NCBI GenBank assembly: GCA_021513695.1 | Contig: CP084166.1 | Span: 2,368,001 to 2,432,000, forward strand | Direction of reading: 5' to 3' | Origin: Candidatus Heimdallarchaeum aukensis | GTDB lineage: Archaea; Asgardarchaeota; Heimdallarchaeia; Heimdallarchaeales; Heimdallarchaeaceae | DNA length: 64,000 bases | Shown: in pieces, positions 27,412 to 40,183 of the stretch | Layout: each line of letters opens with the position of its first letter | Numbering within the stretch: position 1 is the first letter of the stretch | Translations under genes and position numbers: made by a program | Notes under the pieces: generated by a model | What the model was told of the DNA's origin: nothing | Database searches by the model: none | What the model saw: the letters and a program-made list of their open reading frames with translations, nothing else

Positions 27412-29229
27412 CTATGTTTTTTCAAAAAATGTACTCATTTCAGCAATCCATTCAGCAGATTGATGTTTAAAGTATGTGTTGTATAGTTCAGCATAAAATC
27501 CTCCTTTGCTAAGCAGAGTTTCGTGGGTTCCTTCTTCTATTATTTTTCCATGGTCTAATACTATAATTCTATCTGCATTTTGAATAGTAGTTAATCTGTG
27601 AGCAATAACAATAGAAGTTCTATTCTGTAGAAGTTTATCTAAAGCTTCTTGAATTTTCCACTCAGTATAAGCGTCAACAGCAGCTGTAGCTTCATCTAAA
27701 ATAACGATTTTTGGATTAGTTATCAGAGTTCGAGCAAAAGATATCATTTGTCTTTGTCCTAATGATAAACCTTTTCCTCTTTCTCCGATTTCAGTGTTTA
27801 AACCATCGGGGAGTGCATCAATAAATTCTTGTGCTGCAACGATTTCTATTACTCGTTTAACTTCTTCTAGAGTCGCATTTGGATTACCAAAACGGATATT
27901 ATCCAATACCGTACCACTGAAAAGAAAAACATCTTGGCTAACCAACCCAATATTCTTTCGTAAATGTTTAATGTCATAGTCTCTTATGTCAATGTCATCA
28001 ATTTTGATTGAACCTTTACTAATGTCATAGAAACGCATTAACAATGATGCAATGGTGGTTTTTCCTGCACCAGTATGCCCTACAATCGCAATAGTCTCAC
28101 CGGGCTCAATTTTAAGATTTATGTCTTCAAGGACGGGAGAATTAGGCTCATATTCGTGGTATACGTGTTCAAAAGTTACCTTTCCCACTATCTCTTTTTG
28201 GACTGGATTCTCTTTATTTACAACTGTTCTCTCATGATCAATAATACTAAATATTCTCTCCATAGCAGCAAAACCGCTCTGAATAATTGAGATTTGAGAA
28301 GCCACTCTCATTAAAGGATAGAGAAAACGATTTAGTAGTAAAATGAATAACAAAATGGTTGAAGCTGTCCCAAGACCTTCAAATATGAGCCAGCTACCAA
28401 AAAGTGTTATTCCAAAGACCCCCAAAATACTAATTCCATCCATAACAGGCCAAATTCCAGTTATCGCAAAAGCTCTTCTTTTTGCGTATTGAAACGTCTT
28501 TTCATTAATAACATTAAATTCTTCCTTAGATTTCTTTTCTCTACCAAAAGCTTTTGCTATAGCAATCCCAGCAACACTTTCTTGAAAAGCCGCATTTACC
28601 TCGCCTATAGCTGCCCTCCAACTCCCGCTAGTTTTTCTTATGATCTTTCTGAATAATACTCCTGTTGCTATAACCACTGGACCCATTGCAAGTGTGACCA
28701 AAGTAAGTCTCCAATTAACGGCAAACATAATTGCTAAAACTGCAAAAAGAATAACAAAATTAGAAATAAATTGTCCTATAAGACCAATCATTTGATTTAA
28801 TTCTTGTGCGTCATTTGTTATTCTACTCATAATTTTTCCTGTTGACTGTTTGTCATAAAAAACTAAATCATGCTCTTGTAAACTAACAAAAGTATCAACT
28901 TGAATATCTTTTATTATTTTTTGAGTTGTTTTAATTAACAATATTCCATTAACTACTTGAATAAACCACAGTATAAAGGATAAAATAACATAAGCAAGTG
29001 CATAAGGAAAGACTACAGTCCACTGCTGCTTTGCTTCTAAAACGTCAAAAGCTTTTTGCACCATGAGGGGAGGAACAATGTTTAATCCGGCGCCTACTAA
29101 AATCAAAATAACTATTGCTACAAGTTTAATCTTGTGTTTTCTCAAATAATTCCAAAACTTGCTTAATAATTCTTTATCCGAGTAATCCTTGTCGTAGTCT
29201 TCTTTATAGTTATACTGCATAATAATCAC
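27412..29229 (-). CDS. ABC exporter, fused permease-ATPase (MsbA/MdlB-like), subunit 2
   Basis: 6 TM N-domain. Walker A GHTGAGKTT, signature LSLGQRQ, Walker B ILDEAT. Confidence 0.85.
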   Translation of the reverse strand: MIIMQYNYKEDYDKDYSDKELLSKFWNYLRKHKIKLVAIVILILVGAGLNIVPPLMVQKAFDVLEAKQQWTVVFPYALAYVILSFILWFIQVVNGILLIKTTQKIIKDIQVDTFVSLQEHDLVFYDKQSTGKIMSRITNDAQELNQMIGLIGQFISNFVILFAVLAIMFAVNWRLTLVTLAMGPVVIATGVLFRKIIRKTSGSWRAAIGEVNAAFQESVAGIAIAKAFGREKKSKEEFNVINEKTFQYAKRRAFAITGIWPVMDGISILGVFGITLFGSWLIFEGLGTASTILLFILLLNRFLYPLMRVASQISIIQSGFAAMERIFSIIDHERTVVNKENPVQKEIVGKVTFEHVYHEYEPNSPVLEDINLKIEPGETIAIVGHTGAGKTTIASLLMRFYDISKGSIKIDDIDIRDYDIKHLRKNIGLVSQDVFLFSGTVLDNIRFGNPNATLEEVKRVIEIVAAQEFIDALPDGLNTEIGERGKGLSLGQRQMISFARTLITNPKIVILDEATAAVDAYTEWKIQEALDKLLQNRTSIVIAHRLTTIQNADRIIVLDHGKIIEEGTHETLLSKGGFYAELYNTYFKHQSAEWIAEMSTFFEKT

Positions 29230-30990
29230 CTATTCTTTCACTCCAGCTTTCAAAGGAGGAAGCTCAGAAAAACGTTCAAATAGCCGCCTATAGTCAATAC
29301 TTGATTGAATTAGTTCAATATGCGTTCCGTGGGCAACAAGTTTTCCTTTTTTCAAAATAATAATCTGATCTGCATTTTTTATAGTAGCTAAACGATGAGT
29401 AATAATGAAAGTTGTTCTCTCTTTTAATACATTGGCAATAGCAATCTGTATCTCTCTTTCTGTTTCAGCGTCAATAGCACTACTCGCATCATCAAAAATT
29501 AAGATTTTTGGATTTCCCAATAAAGCACGAGCAATAGCAATTCTTTGTTTTTGCCCTCCAGAAAGCTTAACTCCTCTTTCTCCAACAATCGTATCATATC
29601 CTTCTTCAAATGACATAATAAAATCATGTGCTTGAGCCAACTTTGCAGCGTGTTCAATTTCTTCTTGACTGGCTTGTGGTTTTCCATAAGCAATATTTTC
29701 TCTTATTGTCTTGCTAAAAAGAAAAATATCTTGTTCTATAGCTCCTATATTTTTCCTCAGACTAGACAAACTCATTTCTCTTAGGTCAATACCATCAATG
29801 GTTATTCTACCCTCTGTAGGGTCATAAAAACGCATCATTAGCTTAATCAATGTAGATTTTCCTGATCCAGGAGCACCAATAATGGCTATAGTAGAACCTG
29901 CAGGAACATGAAGGTTAATGCCATCAAGAGTTTTCTCGTTGGTATTGGTTCCATTATAAGAAAAAGACACGTTTTCAAAAACAATTTCACCTTTCGGCTC
30001 TAACCATTCTATAGGTTTTTTGGCTTCTGGAACATATTCTTGTCTAGTTTTCATATTGTATATCCTTTTTGCAGCAGCCATCCCAATTTGAAATTGAGTA
30101 CTAGCCCAACCTAATTGCCATGTGGGAGAGTTCAAAGTCATTGCTAACATTACAAAAGAAACTAGTTGAGAAAGTGAAATGCTCCCCTTTGTTACTTCAA
30201 AGCTACCCCATAGAAAACTAAAAGCTATAACTAGAATGGTAATCAGAATAGGATAATACTTTGTGCTTAATATCCCTCTTTGTGTGTTAATCTCTCGAAG
30301 CTTATCAGCTTGTGTGTCAAAATAATTAATCTCTTCATCCTCTTTCACAAAACTTCTGATTATTCTAATACCTGTTACACTCTCTTGTAAGAATTCATTA
30401 AGCCTACTATTCTGTTCAACTTGAGCTTTAGAGATTGGCTGTAATTTCTTGTTAAAATCATAAATTGTTATAATATAAAATGGTAATGCAAAAACAAGAA
30501 TTAATGTGAGCTTTGGGCTAATATAAATCATAAGAGAAACAGAAAATAGTATTGTAAAAAAACCTTCAAGTAAAAACTTTAATCCTGGAGAAATAAAGAT
30601 ATTCATCTGACGGGTATCATAAGTGGCACGAGCCATGATATCTCCAATACGGACACGATCATGAAACTCATGGCTCTTTTTTAGCATATCGTCATAAAAT
30701 TCTTCTGTGACATTTTTTGTAACTTTGTGTGCTATAACCTCATTTGTATAACTCTGGGTAAAATCAGCTAAAGTGCGAATAATTCCCGCTAAAGCAATTA
30801 GTAGAGCAGTTTTTATAATTTCTAGAAACGAACTATTTTCTTTTGCTAACTCATCAAAAATATCTCCAATTAACATAGGTGTAAAAGATACAGTAGCAAT
30901 AAAGAAAATAAGGAAAAAAATCATAATAGTTACTAGTTTCTTTTCTCTCAATATATGCTTAAATAACCAACTTTTATACCCCATAGACAA
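29230..30990 (-). CDS. ABC exporter, fused permease-ATPase (MsbA/MdlB-like), subunit 1
   Basis: Walker A GAPGSGKST, signature LSGGQKQR, Walker B ILIFDDASSA. Abuts the downstream paralog; likely a heterodimer. Confidence 0.85.
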   Translation of the reverse strand: MSMGYKSWLFKHILREKKLVTIMIFFLIFFIATVSFTPMLIGDIFDELAKENSSFLEIIKTALLIALAGIIRTLADFTQSYTNEVIAHKVTKNVTEEFYDDMLKKSHEFHDRVRIGDIMARATYDTRQMNIFISPGLKFLLEGFFTILFSVSLMIYISPKLTLILVFALPFYIITIYDFNKKLQPISKAQVEQNSRLNEFLQESVTGIRIIRSFVKEDEEINYFDTQADKLREINTQRGILSTKYYPILITILVIAFSFLWGSFEVTKGSISLSQLVSFVMLAMTLNSPTWQLGWASTQFQIGMAAAKRIYNMKTRQEYVPEAKKPIEWLEPKGEIVFENVSFSYNGTNTNEKTLDGINLHVPAGSTIAIIGAPGSGKSTLIKLMMRFYDPTEGRITIDGIDLREMSLSSLRKNIGAIEQDIFLFSKTIRENIAYGKPQASQEEIEHAAKLAQAHDFIMSFEEGYDTIVGERGVKLSGGQKQRIAIARALLGNPKILIFDDASSAIDAETEREIQIAIANVLKERTTFIITHRLATIKNADQIIILKKGKLVAHGTHIELIQSSIDYRRLFERFSELPPLKAGVKE

Positions 30991-31088
30991 ACCTGCAATT
31001 TAATCTTATTCAAATACCTTTGATTAATCTTCTTTAAAACTTTTTTTTTAATGTATTTTCTTACAATTAATGATAGTTTGATGAGTTT

Positions 31089-32219
31089 TCAAAGCAATAG
31101 ATGTTTATTTCCGATATTAACCATCTTCAGATGTTTTTTTGCTGCACGTTCGCAGCTTTCAGCTAGTTCTCTAGAAGTAACAGGTAGATCTTTAAACATA
31201 TGTTGTGGGTAAAAAGCCAATAGAGAGTAAGGAATATTTTCATTCAGGTCAGCAATAAAAGAAGCAATATTCTCAACTTCTTCTTCATCAATATAACCAG
31301 GAACAAGAAGAGTGGTAGCATTTAAAACTGGAAGTTCTGGCCTTTGTTCAAAAAATTTTCTAGCTACAAATTTGAAATTTTCTAGCACTTTTTCATTAGT
31401 GACTCCTGTCAAAGCTTTATGTATTTGAGGATTCCAAGCTTTTAAATCAAATTTAATGTTTCCTCCAGAAATTAAAGAAAACTCTGCTGCTTTTGAAATA
31501 TATTTTTGATTACCAAATCCATTCCACTCCCAACAAATACGAGCAATCCTTTTTTCTTCTTTAGAGATTTGCAAAATCCTTTTTGATAAATTGAGAGCAA
31601 AAGGAAAGTGAGGTTCTGGGGAACCTCCAAAAAAACAGATACACGTGATTCTTTTATTAGCTCTAAAAGTATCAAGAAGTTTGTTTAGATTTACTTCTGG
31701 TCCTAATTTAATGTTTTTATGATGCTGGTTTTGGCAATACAAACAATCAAAGGAACAACCATAAAAGAAAATGGATAAGTTATAGAACCCATATTCTTTA
31801 CCTTCTTTCATTGCAAATTCTGGAAAACCAGAACCCGTGCCTGCAGGACAAAACCAGGCTGCACAACAATTGCAAGGTAAAGGGTCTAAATAATAATCAA
31901 GAACACCTACATTTGAATTTGTAAGAGAAATAACTTTTCCTTCTTTATTATACTTTAGCCCACAGTAACTTACCTCGTTTTTATCTAATCCGCATTTATG
32001 GTTGCACAAGTTACAAATAGAACTTAAGTTACTAGGTGGTAATGGTGGAAGATTCTGTTTTTCTCTTGCTTTTTTATGAGCCTTAAAGATATATTCTTCT
32101 GATTGTATAGGTCGCTCTTTTAAACAAGAATTACAAATAGTAAGAATTTGAGCTATTAGTTTTTTTTCTCCACATATGCCACAATCACGTCTTGTGTTTC
32201 TTTGGTCAGTGAAAAACAT
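31089..32219 (-). CDS. Radical SAM protein, PflX/PFL-activating-enzyme-like, with an extra N-terminal Cys-rich (zinc-ribbon) region
   Basis: CX3CX2C in GCSFDCLYCQN (…YCQN as in PflA-type activases). N-terminal CGICGE…CNSC and CNLCNHKC. No SPASM C-terminus. Confidence 0.6.
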   Translation of the reverse strand: MFFTDQRNTRRDCGICGEKKLIAQILTICNSCLKERPIQSEEYIFKAHKKAREKQNLPPLPPSNLSSICNLCNHKCGLDKNEVSYCGLKYNKEGKVISLTNSNVGVLDYYLDPLPCNCCAAWFCPAGTGSGFPEFAMKEGKEYGFYNLSIFFYGCSFDCLYCQNQHHKNIKLGPEVNLNKLLDTFRANKRITCICFFGGSPEPHFPFALNLSKRILQISKEEKRIARICWEWNGFGNQKYISKAAEFSLISGGNIKFDLKAWNPQIHKALTGVTNEKVLENFKFVARKFFEQRPELPVLNATTLLVPGYIDEEEVENIASFIADLNENIPYSLLAFYPQHMFKDLPVTSRELAESCERAAKKHLKMVNIGNKHLLL

Positions 32220-32305
32220 TCAATATAACTAAGTATTACATATTTCTTAATCTTTTGTTGCAAAATAAGAGTAGCAATAGTTCTAAAAAAAAAAGAAAAA
32301 TAATT

Positions 32306-33463
32306 TTAAATTAAATTAAACAATTTTTTTCTTTTACGGATAATAATAACCATAGTCATTAAAAACATAATAGCCGTTAAAGAGTAATTCAGTGAGTAAT
32401 CTAAAGGAAATGTGTTTAATATGTCAGTATTTGTATCAGTTGTATTTCCACTTGGTTCCTCTCCTTCTCCCAAAATTCTTAGTTCGTGAATAGCTAGTGC
32501 AGGCATGCTTTCGTTGTTATATGCTACATCGAAATAGTTGGGCCCTTCTAATGATTGATATTAAGCTAAATTTGTGAAGTATATACTTTCTCCCAAATTA
32601 GTTTGAAAATCTCCTCCGTTAATATCTTCTGATCTTAAAGGCTTTGAAAACTCTATTTGTCTCATGTTTTGGTTATAAATAAATGTGGCTCATCCATCAA
32701 TTGTTCCTCCGACATCAATGTCACTAATAGGTTCTCCTTTAGTTTGATCAAAAACCATATCTTCGTATGATTCTGGGGTCATTACAGCAAGATCTGTTCC
32801 TCTATCAACTTCCAACATATTTGCTGTTTGACCAAACATGAATATATTCGCATCTCCTTCATCATATTTCTCCTCATAGATCTCAAAATAGATATATGTT
32901 GTGTATCCATCAGTAACAAAACGAATTTCTCCATCAAAGCGATTATCCTCTTGGATATAGTTATTTTCCCAATCAACAAAATATATAGTAACATGGTATG
33001 TTACTGCTCTATCCCAAAAATCTTCATTTGCATAACCGTCATAAGTAATATCCACCGAAGAGAGATAAACACACTCATAGACTTGATCTGAAAGCAACCA
33101 ATTAACCTTTCCTCCTATTTCTGGAGTGTGGATAATATCTCCATTATCAGTACCAAGTGAGAGACGAATAAATTTGAATGTAGAACCATCCGCAATAGAC
33201 CGATTAGGTCCTCCAGGAGCAGTTGTGTCAATCCAAGCTACAATGAAAACACCAATTGAGTTGCCATAACCTAGATCAAAATCAAAGCCATTGATATCAT
33301 TAGACTGTAATTCTTTTTGAAATTCAAAATATGAACCGTCGTTAGTCATTTTCGTGAATGCATTAACATTATTTTGCCCTCCCCTATCTCCATCGTTAAA
33401 AGGTTCTACGAAAAAAGAATCAAAGCCATGGTCTTCGACTCTATTATCTGAAGCGTTCATCAA
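32306..33463 (-). pseudogene. Inactivated surface-anchored protein gene: one reading frame interrupted by two in-frame stop codons (TGA at about 32690-32692 and TAA at about 32561-32563, complement)
   Basis: The 257 aa ORF, a 42-codon coding-like inter-stop segment and the 66 aa ORF ending in a TM anchor + RKRKK are all in the same frame. No signal peptide at the 5' end. Confidence 0.5.
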
Positions 33464-33496
33464 CTTAATTTTTGTACAATATTCTTGTACGCCAAT

Positions 33497-33700
33497 CTTG
33501 CTCTCGGAAAGATCTGTCTAGGGGGGAGATCTAAACACTCATTAAGCCAGAGGAGAAGGTTGAGCACTCCTCCACCGTGGAAACTGGATGAATAAATCCT
33601 CTCACACGGGAAAGTTAAGTTGTATTTAACTTTTCTTTGATTTCTTTCTTTATGCGCATGTTTTTTTATCCTGACACACCGTGCCAGCTTAGAGAGTAAG
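33497..33700 (+). ncRNA. Candidate structured RNA of unknown identity (GC-enriched intergenic segment with a 9 bp terminal helix)
   Basis: CUUGCUCUC (5') pairs with GAGAGUAAG (3') including a G-U, which favours the plus strand. An internal helix UGUCUAGG/CCUGACA. AGAUCU-flanked hairpin. About 45% GC versus about 30% for flanks. No ORF on either strand. Confidence 0.2.
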
Positions 33701-33757
33701 TATTTTTCTTAACATTTATCTTTTTTTTTCACTCTCTACATTACTAATGTCTTTTCA

Positions 33758-34180
33758 CTATTTAAACACCAATTTTTTAATTTGACAAAAATGTACAAAA
33801 AAGTAATCCATGAATATTGCATCAATTGTTTCTCCTTGCTCTTCTCTTCCAAAGAACATTATCTCTGTTGCATAAACTTGTCCTTCTAGATTAGGAATAT
33901 AAACAAAACCATAAAGAAATGAGTTGTCATATGCAAAATTTACTTTTGCAGAAACAATTATGGGTGGATCGTGGGGTTCTATTGGAACCAAATTTATCTC
34001 CACAAGGGAACTATTATCCCATTCTTGAAAGATTCCATCTAATACAATGGTGTCATTATAAGGAGCAATTATTGAGGGATTATCTGTTGTTTCCCCAGCA
34101 TAAAGTAAATTGATTTTTATAATTAATCCAATTAGAAGGCAAGCGAAAAAAATTATTGAAAAAATTTTTCTTTGCTTCAT
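33758..34180 (-). CDS. Small secreted hypothetical protein
   Basis: N-terminal signal peptide MKQRKIFSIIFFACLLIGLIIKINLLYA. 140 aa. Confidence 0.45.
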   Translation of the reverse strand: MKQRKIFSIIFFACLLIGLIIKINLLYAGETTDNPSIIAPYNDTIVLDGIFQEWDNSSLVEINLVPIEPHDPPIIVSAKVNFAYDNSFLYGFVYIPNLEGQVYATEIMFFGREEQGETIDAIFMDYFFVHFCQIKKLVFK

Positions 34181-34307
34181 TTTATCACCAACTATGTTTG
34201 CTTAGACAATGTTTTGATAATATATATTTTTTTCAAAAAGGTAAATTGTAAAAAGAAAAAAACATTTGTTTCTTTTTGGAATATAGGTCGTGAAATGGCT
34301 TTTTAGA

Positions 34308-35465
34308 TTAGCTTTTCTTTTTTTGAGTGATAAGGATTATAACAACTGTTGCTACGATTAGTCCTATTCCTCCTATAATAAATGCTGGATATATGGGTTT
34401 GGAAGGAATAGGTATTTGTTCATCTTCAATTCCCATTAATTTGTTAAGTGCTGCAGTAGCATTTATCAAACCATAACCGAAGTAATTATCTTTCCCCACA
34501 TCTCCAAGATCAGTAGCTGTTTCATGAAAAATGTTTCTTATTTCATCGACAGAGATGGTATTGTTTAGAGATTTCATTAGGGCTATTATTCCTGAAACTT
34601 GAGGGGCAGCAAAAGAGGTTCCCCAGCCGAACATATACCCCTCGGATAGGTAAGGGCCTTTTATTCCTGTTCCTTCATCTCCTACTGGAGCTACTAATTC
34701 AGTCCACTCTCCATAGTTGCTGTAATCAGCTTTTTCTTTGTCATAGTTTGTTGCTCCTACGGCAATTACTTCCTCATAAGCTCCAGGGTAAGACATTATT
34801 TCTTTTCCTCCCCCATATGAAAGCCAAGAGTTACCAGTTATTGAGACTATTGCAACATTATTTTCTATAGCATAAACTATATCATCGTGATAATCTTCAC
34901 TTTCAGAATAGTATTGTAAACTTAAATTAATTACGTCTGCTCCATTATCTACGGCATATCTTATTGCATCACCTAATCCTTTTAACGTAGTTCCTTGATA
35001 ATTATCTGACTTGAGTACTCGAATATCCATAATAGTTACGTTAGGAGCTACTCCTGCGATTCCCTCATCATTGACTGGAGATGCGATAATTCCTGCAATA
35101 AATGTAGCATGCCAATGAATAGGGTCGTCTTCTTCTGGACCAGGGATGCTGTCATTAGAAACAAAATCCCAACCGTGTATATCATCAATATAACCATTAT
35201 TATCGTCATCAATAGAATTGTTTGCAATTTCGTCTTCATTGATCCACACCACATCTTGTAACTCCGGATGTGAAAAATCTATTCCACTGTCAATAACAGC
35301 TATAGTAATATCTCTTGAACCGTTAGTTAATTTCCAAGCTCCATATATGCCTATTTGCTCAAAATACCATGGATTTTCACTAGAAATAGCAAAAGTGTCG
35401 AAATAATAGTTGAATTGATTTAAAAGGAATAGTAAAAGAATCCCAATCACAATTTGTTTTTTCAT
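34308..35465 (-). CDS. Subtilisin-like serine protease (S8) with a signal peptide and a C-terminal TM anchor
   Basis: Catalytic triad motifs AVIDSGID (Asp), HATFIAG (His), GTSFAAPQVSG (Ser). C-terminal hydrophobic helix + QKKKS. Confidence 0.85.
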   Translation of the reverse strand: MKKQIVIGILLLFLLNQFNYYFDTFAISSENPWYFEQIGIYGAWKLTNGSRDITIAVIDSGIDFSHPELQDVVWINEDEIANNSIDDDNNGYIDDIHGWDFVSNDSIPGPEEDDPIHWHATFIAGIIASPVNDEGIAGVAPNVTIMDIRVLKSDNYQGTTLKGLGDAIRYAVDNGADVINLSLQYYSESEDYHDDIVYAIENNVAIVSITGNSWLSYGGGKEIMSYPGAYEEVIAVGATNYDKEKADYSNYGEWTELVAPVGDEGTGIKGPYLSEGYMFGWGTSFAAPQVSGIIALMKSLNNTISVDEIRNIFHETATDLGDVGKDNYFGYGLINATAALNKLMGIEDEQIPIPSKPIYPAFIIGGIGLIVATVVIILITQKKKS

Positions 35466-35554
35466 ATTTTATAACTAGATTATGGAAATATATAAGACTA
35501 TAGAAAAATGAAGAATAAGTAATAGAAACGTTCGTTGAAATAATTTAAGAATGA

Positions 35555-38692
<3,138 letters not shown>

Positions 38693-38728
38693 GATAAATA
38701 ATAAAAATAACAACAAAAATTTTGTTCT

Positions 38729-39550
38729 ATGAATGGAAAGAGAGGAAAAAACTTTCGTGTAGTTCCCTTTGAGAAAAATCGGAAAATTATTCTAGATTTA
38801 CTTGAGCAAGGAAAGAAAAGAAATCATGTGAAAGCTTTAGTTGAAGTTGATGTGACTGATGCTAGAGAGTTTTTTAAGAGATACAAAGAAATTAAAGGAG
38901 AAAAACTATCTTTTACTGCATGGATTATATATTGTGTAGCTAAAGCAATAGATGAGAATATAGAAGTAAATGCATATAGAAAGGGAAGAAGAAAAATAGT
39001 TATCTTTGACGAAGTTGATGTGGGAACAATTATTGAAAGAGAAATTGAAGGAAAAAAAATACCCAGAAAATACATAATCAGAGGAGCTAATAGAAAGAGT
39101 TTGATAGATATTCATAATGAAATAAGAGCTGTTCAAAGAAAAGAGATTAGTGGCCCCATACTAGGAAATAAAAAAGAAACAAAATTTGTTAACTTTTTTG
39201 CTTCATTACCTAAGTTTATCAGAAAAATTTTCTGGTGGTGGACAAAACAAAAGCCTGAATTCAGAAAGAAAATGTTAGGGACAATTACAGTTTCATCTGT
39301 TGGTATGTTTGGAAGAACAGGAGGTTGGGGGATAGTTATTTCTTCTGAAACTGTTCATGTTATGATTGGAGGGATTGCTAGAAAACCTGGAGTGGTAGGG
39401 GATGAAATCTCGATTAGAGAGTATTTAGATCTTACATTAATGGCTGACCATTCAATTATTGATGGAGGACCTATAGCCAGACTTCTTCAAAGACTCATTG
39501 ACTTGATAGAAAGCTCTTACGGCTTAGATGACAATCTACTAAAAACTTAA
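38729..39550 (+). CDS. 2-oxoacid dehydrogenase E2 acyltransferase catalytic-domain-only protein (CAT-like fold)
   Basis: C-terminal DHSIIDGGPIARLL resembles the E2 active-site DHRxxDG motif. N-terminal region like the E2 catalytic-domain start. No lipoyl domain. Confidence 0.5.
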   Translation: MNGKRGKNFRVVPFEKNRKIILDLLEQGKKRNHVKALVEVDVTDAREFFKRYKEIKGEKLSFTAWIIYCVAKAIDENIEVNAYRKGRRKIVIFDEVDVGTIIEREIEGKKIPRKYIIRGANRKSLIDIHNEIRAVQRKEISGPILGNKKETKFVNFFASLPKFIRKIFWWWTKQKPEFRKKMLGTITVSSVGMFGRTGGWGIVISSETVHVMIGGIARKPGVVGDEISIREYLDLTLMADHSIIDGGPIARLLQRLIDLIESSYGLDDNLLKT

Positions 39551-39576
39551 TAAAAAATGAGAAGAAGAGAAAAAAT

Positions 39577-40119
39577 TTACACTTTGTCTGTTATGTGGTC
39601 AACAATTCTGAAAAGCATAGCAAAAGGAGTTAAGGCTCCAAGAATGTAAACAAAGAAGTTAATAATTATAACCACTATTGGAACAGGAATGTATAGAGAT
39701 CCAATTGATAAACCGATCAGGATAACTAAGAATATGATAAATCCTAAAAGTATTTTTAAGGCTCCACCAAACGCACCAAAGAAACTAACCTTCTTAGAGA
39801 ATTTAGGTCCTCTTGTTGCAGTGAAAATAAAAGCTGCAAAACCACCGATCATTATGAACAAAAATCCTAAAATTATTAGTACAAAACCAATAATGCTTGC
39901 TACATTTCCGAAGAAAGCTGTTGGATCTAATAATACACTGAAGTCTCCTCCAATCAAAGCTAAAAGCGCTGTAAAGTCAAACAGGAAAAATCCTCCTACA
40001 ACTAACCCAAAACCAATTATGTTGTAAACTATTGATATTAGTATGTAGATGATTGCTCTTCCATACGATTCAAAAAAATTCGAGATTCCCGACTGTTCTT
40101 TATAAACCATTTTTTTCAC
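39577..40119 (-). CDS. Small polytopic membrane protein, hypothetical
   Basis: 180 aa with 4-5 hydrophobic helices (G/F/I rich). Confidence 0.4.
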   Translation of the reverse strand: MKKMVYKEQSGISNFFESYGRAIIYILISIVYNIIGFGLVVGGFFLFDFTALLALIGGDFSVLLDPTAFFGNVASIIGFVLIILGFLFIMIGGFAAFIFTATRGPKFSKKVSFFGAFGGALKILLGFIIFLVILIGLSIGSLYIPVPIVVIIINFFVYILGALTPFAMLFRIVDHITDKV

Positions 40120-40174
40120 CTAATATTTTATTTTTGTAAAGATTTAGTAGAAGAGACATATAAATCTTTGCTAT

Positions 40175-40183
40175 CTTGGAGGA
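40175..40183. repeat. Left copy of the 9 bp target-site duplication CTTGGAGGA
   Basis: Identical 9-mer directly abutting both IS ends. Confidence 0.7.

Noticed and set aside
32690-32692. TGA inside the interrupted surface-protein gene as a possible selenocysteine codon
   Set aside because: The second interruption is TAA, which is never recoded. The TGA context (…TIDG-*-ATF…) does not resemble a redox Cys/Sec motif. No SECIS-like hairpin was noticed downstream. A pseudogene is the simpler explanation.
33497-33700. Tried to assign the structured intergenic segment to RNase P RNA or SRP RNA
   Set aside because: The P1-P2-…-P4'-P1' order and the CCAGCUUA / GGGAAAGU elements loosely fit RNase P. 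However only about 48 AU-rich nt separate the putative P4 strands, far too little for even minimal (type T) RNase P RNAs. No convincing SRP Alu or domain IV motifs were found. It is kept only as an unassigned ncRNA candidate.
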